Source of the DNA: Nitrospirota bacterium
GTDB taxonomy: Bacteria; Nitrospirota; JACRHJ01
Length of the DNA stretch: 64,000 nt
Assembly (NCBI GenBank): GCA_021789495.1
Contig: JAJYJM010000001.1
Span: 4,018 to 68,017 of the forward strand
Direction of reading: 5' to 3'
Part shown: in pieces, positions 56,687 to 64,000 of the stretch
How positions within the stretch are numbered: position 1 is the first letter of the stretch
How the letters are laid out: every line of letters begins with the position of its first letter
Notes under the pieces: generated by a model
Told to the model about the DNA's origin: nothing
The model's database searches: none
What the model saw: the letters and a program-made list of their open reading frames with translations, nothing else
Made by a program: the position numbers and the translations under genes

Positions 56687-57673
56687 TCATATTAATGATT
56701 GCCTTATAGTTTTTCTTAACTGCTCCAGCTTCACCGTCGCAGTCCCCACCTCGCCCACGACAATGCCCGCCGCGTGGTTGGCGATTACAGCCGCTTCGCG
56801 CATGTCAGCTCCGGAGGAAAGGGCCAGCATGAGCACGGCTATTACCGTATCTCCCGCGCCGGTGACGTCGTAAACTTCCTTGGCGACTGTAGGTATGTGC
56901 GTCGGCTTACCGCCGTTCAGGAATAAGCTCATGCCCTGCTCGCCGCGGGTAATCAGAACCGCGTCGCTCTTCAGCCTTTCGATAAGCTTCTTGCCGGCGG
57001 CGGCGAGAGAGACCTCGTCTGTTATCTCGAACCCGGCGGCCTGCGAGGCTTCGAGGTTATTCGGCGTAACGACCGTTACATTTTTATAATAATCGAAATG
57101 CCCGACCTTCGGGTCTACGGCGACGGGTATTTTTCTCCCCTTTGCCATCTTCACAATCCCGGAGACGAGCTTCTTCGTAACGACGCCCTTGGCGTAGTCG
57201 GATATTATAATCCCGGAGAAGGAATGGTAATGGGTCTTGAGGTAGTCGAGGATAATGTACTCGGAGGCGCAGGCGATGTCGCCCTTGCTCTCGCGGTCGA
57301 AACGGACGACCTGCTGGCTGTGCGCTATGACCCGCGTCTTGACGGTGGTCGGACGGCAGTTGTCCACGATTATTCCGCCCGTGTCGATTTTCTTAAGTCT
57401 TAGCTCGTGGATTATCCTTCGGCCCATCTCGTCGTCGCCGACGGCTCCGCAGATGCCGGCCCTGCCTCCGAGCGAGGCGATGTTGTTCAGGACGTTTGCC
57501 GCACCGCCCAGCATTATGGATTCGTGGTTGATGTCAACCACCGGGACGGGGGCCTCAGGCGATATGCGCGAGACCTTGCCCCAGATGAATTGGTCGAGTA
57601 TGATGTCCCCGACAACGAGGATATTGGCGGACTTGAAACGCTCCAGGTGTCCGAGAATATTTTTTTTATCCAA
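56687..57673 (-). CDS. D-glycero-beta-D-manno-heptose 7-phosphate kinase (HldE/RfaE domain I only)
   Basis: PfkB-type fold with the RfaE-like N-terminus VLVVGDIILDQFIWGKVSRISPEAPVPVV. Lacks the adenylyltransferase domain. Confidence 0.8.
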   Translation of the reverse strand: MDKKNILGHLERFKSANILVVGDIILDQFIWGKVSRISPEAPVPVVDINHESIMLGGAANVLNNIASLGGRAGICGAVGDDEMGRRIIHELRLKKIDTGGIIVDNCRPTTVKTRVIAHSQQVVRFDRESKGDIACASEYIILDYLKTHYHSFSGIIISDYAKGVVTKKLVSGIVKMAKGRKIPVAVDPKVGHFDYYKNVTVVTPNNLEASQAAGFEITDEVSLAAAGKKLIERLKSDAVLITRGEQGMSLFLNGGKPTHIPTVAKEVYDVTGAGDTVIAVLMLALSSGADMREAAVIANHAAGIVVGEVGTATVKLEQLRKTIRQSLI

Positions 57674-57711
57674 AACGCTCTCTCCCGAAAGACATATAAA
57701 AACGAGCTATT

Positions 57712-58848
57712 TTATATTACTTTCCTGTAAACCTCAAGAGTCTTCTGGAGTGTTTTTGTCCAGGTAAAGTTTTCCGATTTTAATCTTGCCCTTTTTCCTG
57801 CCTCATATCTCGCCTTTTCGCAGGAGAGATACTGCAAAATGGCCGCGAGTCCCGCCGCGTCATCAGGGTTTTTAAGCACAAAACCGCTTGAGCCGTCCTC
57901 AATAATCTCCGCTACGCCGTTCTGTACCGTGGTTATAACCGGCAGGCCGGTCGCCATGGCTTCAAGGCAGGAATTGGAAAACGGGTCGTATTTCGTCGGC
58001 AGTACGAAAATATCCGCCGCGCCGTAAAGCGCCTCCGGTTCCGGGACATGGCCGGCAAAGATAAGCCGGTCTGAAATTCCCAGCCGTCCAGCCTGCCTGA
58101 GGAACGGCTTCGGGTCGTCCTTCCCGGCTATCAACAGCTTGATTTTACTGACGTTTCCCTCCATATCCTTCGCATATCCGATTGCGTTTACGGCCGTCTG
58201 AAGCCCTTTTCTCCTATACCCCGCCCCGACGAAGAGCGCGATTAAGTCGTCCCCAAGGCCGTATTTTTGCCTGATTTCGGCCCGCTTCAGCCGCGCGGAG
58301 ACCGGATTGAATTTCTCAAGGTCAACGCCGTTATACGCAACGAAGACGTTCTCCGGCGGGATTGGGTAATGCTTGAGCAGGCCCTGTTTTGAAAATTCCG
58401 AGTTCGTGATGACCGCCCTGCACCCGCCTGGCCTGTATCGCTCTTTTTCCATTTTCAGGACAACACTGTGCAGAGGGTTCAGGAAGTCGAGCGGATTTCC
58501 CATCCTGTCCATGTATTCCGCATGACATCCGCCGCCCACCGTAACAACCCCGTCCGTGAACGGTCTTATCTGGTTATGCACGAGGTCGATGTCTCTTCTG
58601 CCGGACAATACCCGCAGGAGATTGTTTTTAAAGTTCGCCACCTTAAGAAAAGACGGCCCGGAGACCATCGGGACAATATTTACCTCCGCCCTGAAGTCCG
58701 GCTCTTCAATGGCCGCCGCGAATATGGAGACTTCCACGCCCGCTTCCACGAGTCCTCCGGCGAGGTTCCACGCGCGCCTCTCGCTGCCGCCTTTCCTGTC
58801 GAAGCGAATGGAAGCGAGTCCTATGCGCATCCGAGCACCTTCCGACAA
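57712..58848 (-). CDS. glycosyltransferase family 1 (LPS core, RfaG-like)
   Basis: GT-B fold. EX7E-like C-terminal region. Confidence 0.7.
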   Translation of the reverse strand: MSEGARMRIGLASIRFDRKGGSERRAWNLAGGLVEAGVEVSIFAAAIEEPDFRAEVNIVPMVSGPSFLKVANFKNNLLRVLSGRRDIDLVHNQIRPFTDGVVTVGGGCHAEYMDRMGNPLDFLNPLHSVVLKMEKERYRPGGCRAVITNSEFSKQGLLKHYPIPPENVFVAYNGVDLEKFNPVSARLKRAEIRQKYGLGDDLIALFVGAGYRRKGLQTAVNAIGYAKDMEGNVSKIKLLIAGKDDPKPFLRQAGRLGISDRLIFAGHVPEPEALYGAADIFVLPTKYDPFSNSCLEAMATGLPVITTVQNGVAEIIEDGSSGFVLKNPDDAAGLAAILQYLSCEKARYEAGKRARLKSENFTWTKTLQKTLEVYRKVI

Positions 58849-59918
58849 AACGCCTCCGTATCGTCGAGCATCTTCTCTTTCGTATGACCCTCTATTGCCA
58901 TGCGTCTCCCGGCCATTCCCATTTCGCGCGCTTTTTCCGGGTCTGACAGAAGTTTCAATATCGCGCCCGCGAGGGCTTCGGGATTCCTGGGCGGCACGAT
59001 ATAGCCGTTTATCCCGTCTCTGAGCACCTCCGGTATGCCGCCCGTCTCCGTGCCTGCAATGGGCTTACCGGCGGCCATAGATTGAATGGCGAACTGCGGG
59101 ATGCCTTCCGAGGCGTAAGATGCCATCACGGAGACGTCGAAGGCGGCTATTATATCCGGTATATCCTCGCGATGCCCGGCAAGTATTACGGAATCCTGCA
59201 GCTCAAGCTCCGCCGTGAGCTCCGTTATTCCTTTCCGGAGGTCGCCTTCGCCCGCAATTAAAAGCCTCGCTTCCGGGAAATATCGGACGATTTCATGCAT
59301 GGCGCGGAGTATATGCAGATGCCCTTTCCAGCTCCTGAGCGCCGCGGCTATGCCGATTACCGGCACGTCCTCGGCTATGCCGAATTCCCGCCGCACCCTC
59401 CCGCCATCCGCATCCATGAATCTCCCGACGTCTATCCCGGTAGGTATCGAGAATATTTTATCCGGAGATAATTTCAGCTCCCGGACAAGCTGCTCCTTTA
59501 TGAAATTCCCGGTCGTGACGATTCCGTCGGTCAGAGGGCCGTAGACTAGCCTGGTAAACGGGTTCGGCCTTAACCTCGACGAGATGTGCCTGGTGCGGAT
59601 GACCTTTATGCCGGCGATTCTTCCGGCGATGCCCCCGGCCCAGCTGTCCCGCGAACTGTGGGTATTGAGTATCTGAATGCGCTCGGATTGGATTAGTTTC
59701 CGGAGTTTGTGTCCGGTTATAAAGAGATTTTTCCTGTCGAAGTCTATCCCGAAAACCTTTATTCCCGCACTGGACGCCCTTTTATAAATCTGTGAATGCT
59801 CCGGCGCCGCGAGGGCCACGGCGTGTCCCCTCTCCTTCATCCCAAGCATCTCGTTCAAGATGCGGATTTCCTGCCCGCCCCAGCCCACGGAGGCCTCGGT
59901 ATGAAGTATGCGGAACAT
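58821..59918 (-). CDS. glycosyltransferase family 1
   Basis: GT4-like GT-B fold motifs. Confidence 0.7.
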   Translation of the reverse strand: MFRILHTEASVGWGGQEIRILNEMLGMKERGHAVALAAPEHSQIYKRASSAGIKVFGIDFDRKNLFITGHKLRKLIQSERIQILNTHSSRDSWAGGIAGRIAGIKVIRTRHISSRLRPNPFTRLVYGPLTDGIVTTGNFIKEQLVRELKLSPDKIFSIPTGIDVGRFMDADGGRVRREFGIAEDVPVIGIAAALRSWKGHLHILRAMHEIVRYFPEARLLIAGEGDLRKGITELTAELELQDSVILAGHREDIPDIIAAFDVSVMASYASEGIPQFAIQSMAAGKPIAGTETGGIPEVLRDGINGYIVPPRNPEALAGAILKLLSDPEKAREMGMAGRRMAIEGHTKEKMLDDTEAFCRKVLGCA

Positions 59919-60048
59919 TAAAAGTATCCCAAACCCTTGAGCTGTTCTGCTATCATGCGCTGGTCTTCTTCATCCGTTTTTCCGGTTGACCAGTTGTATG
60001 CTTCGCATTCAGTATCGGTTGATACCTCAGGGATATTGGTCCCCCTCC

Positions 60049-60543
60049 CTAAACTTTTCTCAGTTTAAACCGCAGATACCGCACCAGCAGCGACGGAAGT
60101 TTCAGAAACATGGTTTTTCTGAATCTGACCGAATATGCCCATGATTCAAGCCCCTGATACGGCCTCAAAAAAGACATATTCTTTTTGGCCCAACCGAGAA
60201 GCTCCTTGGAGAACGCCTTCCTCAACACCTTTTTCTGGCGCCGGCTAAGGAACGGCTTCTGCTTTTCGTATATTATCTTGTAATATAGTCCCCTGCCCTG
60301 AATAAAGTTTGTAAAATTCTCTTCATGCTCTCGCCGATTGTATAAGTCCGGAAACCATATGTCGTCATGGTCCAAAAAAGCGATATATTTGCCCGTCGAG
60401 GTCTTTATACCGATATTTCTCGCTCGGGCTACGCCGCGACCTTCTTCATGCGCGCACCCCTGAGAGTTCTTCAACCAAGGATACATATTTTTTAATATAA
60501 TCCGTAAGCGCGTATTTTTCCGCCACTGTCTTCCGGCTCTCAA
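60049..60543 (-). pseudogene. family 2 glycosyltransferase remnant (N-terminal half missing)
   Basis: Contains only the ARNIGI...GKYIAFLDHDD segment of GT2. Overlaps the 3' end of the upstream GT1 gene by ~100 nt. No upstream in-frame Rossmann portion. Confidence 0.4.
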
Positions 60544-61465
60544 GGCCCATCTTCTTTCGTAGAGAACTGTCGGCTATCAGTTCCGAAAGACGCGCCTCCC
60601 ACTCCTCGTTGCTGCTTGCAAGAAAGCCGTTCACGCCGTGTTTTATGATGTCGCAGTTTATGCCGACGGGAGATGCCACGACAGGCACGCCCACGGAAAA
60701 ATACTGGAGTATCTTGAACCCGCACTTCCCCCGACTCCAGATGTCGTCCGTAAGGGGCATAAGCCCAATGTCCAGTTCGCGCAGGTATGCGAGCTCGTTC
60801 TCGACGCTCCACTTCCTTCTGTTTACCTTTATCCCTTCAAATTCAGGAAAATCGCTGCATATAACCGAGAGGGAGATGTCCGGGAATTTCCCGGCCAGTT
60901 TCTTAAATACCGGCTTAAGGGCTTCGAGATAAAACAGGTTCCCTTTTGTGCCTATCCAGCCGATTACGATTTCCTTTTTATCGTTCGGCCTGCCTGGAGA
61001 ATATTTCTCCACATCGACAGGAGTGGTCAAAATCTCCACCCGCTTGCAATATTTCTTGGCCTCCTCAGCCAGGTATTCGTTCCCGGCGACGGCTATGTCA
61101 GTAATCTCCATTATTCCCCTGAACCTGCCCGTGAACCTGCTTATACGCCGGGGATCCGTATACATGATAGCGTCGTCGAAATCGAAGATTATCTTCTTCC
61201 TGAGCGCCTTCAGCACGCGAAGCTCAAGCCGGTTGAATAGCTTTTTGTGCAATAAAATAATGTCTGAGTTAAAAAACCTAAGAAAGAGGCGAATCCTGCC
61301 GATAAATCCCTTCGGCACACCGCGAACTTCGCATTGCCAGCCTCTTTTTACCATCTCTTCTGCCACGGGATAAATCCTGGCGCGGCTGCCGGGATAATCC
61401 TTTTTATGAACTACAAGAATGATGTCGATTATACTCATAAAGGTTTTCTCCGGAACGTTTTTCAT
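60446..61465 (-). CDS. glycosyltransferase family 1
   Basis: GT-B fold. C-terminal sugar-nucleotide binding region. Confidence 0.7.
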   Translation of the reverse strand: MKNVPEKTFMSIIDIILVVHKKDYPGSRARIYPVAEEMVKRGWQCEVRGVPKGFIGRIRLFLRFFNSDIILLHKKLFNRLELRVLKALRKKIIFDFDDAIMYTDPRRISRFTGRFRGIMEITDIAVAGNEYLAEEAKKYCKRVEILTTPVDVEKYSPGRPNDKKEIVIGWIGTKGNLFYLEALKPVFKKLAGKFPDISLSVICSDFPEFEGIKVNRRKWSVENELAYLRELDIGLMPLTDDIWSRGKCGFKILQYFSVGVPVVASPVGINCDIIKHGVNGFLASSNEEWEARLSELIADSSLRKKMGLESRKTVAEKYALTDYIKKYVSLVEELSGVRA

Positions 61466-62493
61466 AAGTAAGTTTTTATAAGTTCTTCTATCGCCCGGAT
61501 TACCTCAGGCACGGTTATGGCTTCGAGGCAGTCGCTTTTTTTGCTTCCGCCGCAGCCGTCCTTCCGGCAGGGCAGGCAGGGAAATTTTTCCTTTTTCATC
61601 ACAACGCGGGCCTTGTCGGTATACGGCCCCCACACCTTATAATCGGAAGGACCGAAAAGGGCGACTACCGGCGTCCCGACAGCCGCAGCCATGTGCATCG
61701 GCGCCGAATCCACGCCGAAGAACAGCCTGCTCATTTTGAGAAGCGAGGCGAGCTGCCCAAGAGTCAGCAGACCGGAAAGGTTTATTGGCCGCGCCTTAGC
61801 ATATCCTGCAATGGTCTCCGCCTTGTCCATCTCTTTTCTGTCCGGGCCGGATGTCAGAACCACATTGAAACCCTTGTCGTGCAGGTAGTCTATAACGCCG
61901 GCGACGGACTTGTCGTTCCAGCATTTGAAGAGCCAGCGCGATGTCGGATGCACAACCGCTATCCGGGCGCCGTCCTTGATTCCCCGCCCGGCAAGCATGT
62001 CAAGAACGCGTTCGTCGCTTTCTCCGGACGTATAAAGCTCAAGCCTCCGGCCGCCCGGCTCGATTCCAAGCGGCCTTATCATCTCCATGTCCATGAGTGC
62101 GCGGTGCCTGTCCCACTTCTGGGGCACGAGGTCGGTAAAAAGCCTTTCCTTGCCGATGAAACCTCTGCCCATCGGGTCCGCCCCGATTCTCTTCGCTGCT
62201 CCGGAAGCGGCACACATTATCGCGCCCCTGTCTCCCTCCGTCATGTTTATCGCAACATCGAACCTTGCGCGGCGAATGGCCTTAAGCAGTCTCAGTTCCT
62301 CAATAATGCCGCTGCCTTTTTTGAACGGAAGCACCTCTGCCACGCATGGATTCAAGGACAACATCTCTTCCATCCCCTGCGGAATTACCGCCGTTATCCC
62401 GGCATCAGGATAGAAATCTTTCAATGCGCGGAGCATAGGGGTCATCATCAGGACGTCCCCGATATTCCGGAGTTTTACGACCAGTATCCGCAT
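61462..62493 (-). CDS. lipopolysaccharide heptosyltransferase (GT9, RfaF/RfaC family)
   Basis: MRILVVKLRNIGDVLMMTP N-terminus typical of ADP-heptose:LPS heptosyltransferases. C-terminal CxxC. Confidence 0.8.
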   Translation of the reverse strand: MRILVVKLRNIGDVLMMTPMLRALKDFYPDAGITAVIPQGMEEMLSLNPCVAEVLPFKKGSGIIEELRLLKAIRRARFDVAINMTEGDRGAIMCAASGAAKRIGADPMGRGFIGKERLFTDLVPQKWDRHRALMDMEMIRPLGIEPGGRRLELYTSGESDERVLDMLAGRGIKDGARIAVVHPTSRWLFKCWNDKSVAGVIDYLHDKGFNVVLTSGPDRKEMDKAETIAGYAKARPINLSGLLTLGQLASLLKMSRLFFGVDSAPMHMAAAVGTPVVALFGPSDYKVWGPYTDKARVVMKKEKFPCLPCRKDGCGGSKKSDCLEAITVPEVIRAIEELIKTYL

Positions 62494-62497
62494 CTTT

Positions 62498-63244
62498 TTA
62501 TCTCAAGCCCGTCTCCATGAGCTTCGCGTATTTCGAGAACGTATAATACGAGTAAAGCCCGGCGAGCAAAAGACCGTGGATGCCGTCCCGGAAGCCGCCT
62601 TTAAATAAATACATTTTGATGAACGTCATATGCGGTCTTAAGAGCAGGTCGGAGATTGTTGCCCTGCGTCCCTCTTTTCGCATCTCCTGCGCCGCGAGGG
62701 TGGAATATTTATCCGCCCTGATGATGTAATCAGAGACGCTGTCGTAGGTGAAGTGGAGCATCGGGTTTTCTATGTATCCCGCCTCCCCGTCCAGTTCAAC
62801 AGCCTCGTGCACGGCCCGGTCTTTAAATCTGCCCCGTCTCCTGTCGAAAAGGCGAATCGAATAATCCGGATACCAGCCGCCGTGCCTTATCTCCCTGCCC
62901 ATGAAGTGATTTCTTCGCGGGCAATAATAACCCGGCCTGTCAGGCCCGGCATCCACGAGCTTCCTTATCTCTTCGGCAAGGGCCGGAGTTATCCGCTCGT
63001 CGGCGTCGAGGACGAACACCCAGTCGTTCCCGGCCAGTTCCACCGCTCTTTGCTTCTGGCCTGAGAACCCGCGCCACTCCTCCTGGAATACCCTGTCCGT
63101 AAATCCCCTGCAAATATCGACCGTGCCGTCCGTGCTGAAGGAGTCCAACACGACTATCTCGTCCGCGAAAGACGCGCCGGCGAGCGCATCACGGATATTC
63201 TTTTCCTCGTCCTTCGTGATGACGACGACGGAAACGGCGGTCAT
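62498..63244 (-). CDS. family 2 glycosyltransferase (LPS core, KdtX/WaaE-like)
   Basis: VSVVVITKDEEKNI..VLDSFSTDGT DxD region. Confidence 0.75.
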   Translation of the reverse strand: MTAVSVVVITKDEEKNIRDALAGASFADEIVVLDSFSTDGTVDICRGFTDRVFQEEWRGFSGQKQRAVELAGNDWVFVLDADERITPALAEEIRKLVDAGPDRPGYYCPRRNHFMGREIRHGGWYPDYSIRLFDRRRGRFKDRAVHEAVELDGEAGYIENPMLHFTYDSVSDYIIRADKYSTLAAQEMRKEGRRATISDLLLRPHMTFIKMYLFKGGFRDGIHGLLLAGLYSYYTFSKYAKLMETGLR

Positions 63245-63412
63245 TACGAAAGCTTCTCCGCCTCGTCAATCAGCATTACCGGTATGTCGTCCTTTATTGG
63301 GTATTTCAGCTTGCAGGCGTCGCATATCAGCCCGTCGCCGCTTTCTGTCAGCCGTATATCTCCCTTGCACTTCGGGCATGCGAGTATTTCCAGGAGTTCT
63401 CTGCTTATCATT
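63245..63412 (-). CDS. Trm112/YcaR-like small zinc-ribbon protein (UPF0434); 55 aa, not in supplied ORF track
   Basis: Hand translation gives MISRELLEILACPKCKGDIRLTESGDGLICDACKLKYPIKDDIPVMLIDEAEKLS. CPxC...CxxC pattern. TAATG overlap with the GT2 start. Confidence 0.65.
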
Positions 63413-64000
63413 TTTTTTCCTCCAGCATCTCCTCCGCCGCGCGGAAGACGTCTTCAACCGTAATATCCTTCATGCACATCATATGCTTTTTCTCCGGGCA
63501 TTCCCTCTTAAGACAAGGAGAACAGGCCGCGCCGGATGTAATTACCCTGTGGCCACGCCCGTACGGGCCGGTGCGTCCAGGATCTGTCGGGCCGAATATC
63601 GCCAGCGCTCTTGTCCCCATTGCCGCCGCAATATGCATCGGGCCGGAGTCGTTCGTTATCATCAGCCGCGCCCTGCCGAGTAGCGCCGCAAGGCCCTTCA
63701 GGGATGTTTTCCCGAACGCGAGGCTCTCCCGGCCTGTAAGCCCTTCCAGTCCGGACATTACGCCCGCTTCATCTGCGCTGCCGATAAAAATATATTTCAA
63801 CCCCCTGCGTTCCTTCAGCGCCAACGCGAGGCGGGCGAATTTTTCCGCCTCCCAGCGCTTGGTCATCCATCTCGCCGACGGGGCAATGGTCGCGAACTCA
63901 TCGTTTTCGCCTATGCCCGCGTCTTTCAGGATTCGCCCGGCCTCGGTTAAGTCGGCGCCGTTCACAGCAATGTCGAATCTCGGAGTCTCAGGCGCGGCGA
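63408..64000 (-). CDS. lipopolysaccharide heptosyltransferase (GT9), 5'-truncated by window edge
   Basis: C-terminal half with NDSGPMHIAAA motif. Reading frame stays open to base 64000. Confidence 0.75.
   Translation of the reverse strand, partial: AAPETPRFDIAVNGADLTEAGRILKDAGIGENDEFATIAPSARWMTKRWEAEKFARLALALKERRGLKYIFIGSADEAGVMSGLEGLTGRESLAFGKTSLKGLAALLGRARLMITNDSGPMHIAAAMGTRALAIFGPTDPGRTGPYGRGHRVITSGAACSPCLKRECPEKKHMMCMKDITVEDVFRAAEEMLEEKK

Overview
This 64 kb window is a chromosomal segment from a high-GC (about 60%) diderm bacterium. It is densely packed with housekeeping genes on both strands. No tRNA or rRNA genes, CRISPR arrays or mobile-element genes were found.

Functional blocks, in order:
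1. A futalosine-pathway menaquinone cluster: an amidohydrolase (candidate aminodeoxyfutalosine deaminase) plus two MqnC/MqnE-type radical SAM enzymes.
2. tRNA-modification genes: a ThiI-like PP-loop ATPase and two tandem MiaB/MtaB methylthiotransferases.
3. A response regulator, a DUF62 SAM hydroxide adenosyltransferase, and an unusual fusion of a degenerate 5'-nucleotidase-like domain to a tetraheme cytochrome c.
4. A large minus-strand pyrimidine operon (pyrR-pyrB-pyrC-carA-[PflX radical SAM]-carB-greA-pyrK-pyrD) with a recognisable PyrR attenuator leader.
5. lepA-lepB, then a ROK glucokinase.
6. A B12-binding radical SAM gene, a Fur-family regulator, and three consecutive Hfq-like Sm domains encoded in two translationally coupled ORFs.
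7. lnt, prfB (with the classical programmed +1 frameshift site), an Ogg-type glycosylase, lysS, and lolC/E-X-lolD.
8. A CbiMQO cobalt ECF transporter followed by a DUF360 membrane protein and a PsiE-like protein, then queD and a TldD/PmbA protease.
9. System II cytochrome c biogenesis (resB/ccsA), copA, YtxH/DUF948 proteins, a RodZ-like protein, a TPR lipoprotein, a PfkB kinase and mtnP.
10. A 700 bp ORF-free region.
11. A KDO/LPS-core cluster (kdsC-kdsD-kdsA-pyrG-kdsB, an epimerase, an HldE kinase domain, several GT1/GT2/GT9 transferases and a Trm112-like micro-ORF).

Three non-genic signals stand out:
- A dispersed intergenic repeat family (TGTCATTCCGAGCGAAGCGAAGAATCC-like) at seven or more loci.
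- A GC-rich hairpin element family (CCCTCGCCC..GGGAGAGGG), one copy of which sits in-frame inside kdsA.
- The Fur/triple-Hfq arrangement.

Many long antisense ORFs in the supplied track are high-GC artefacts and were not called.
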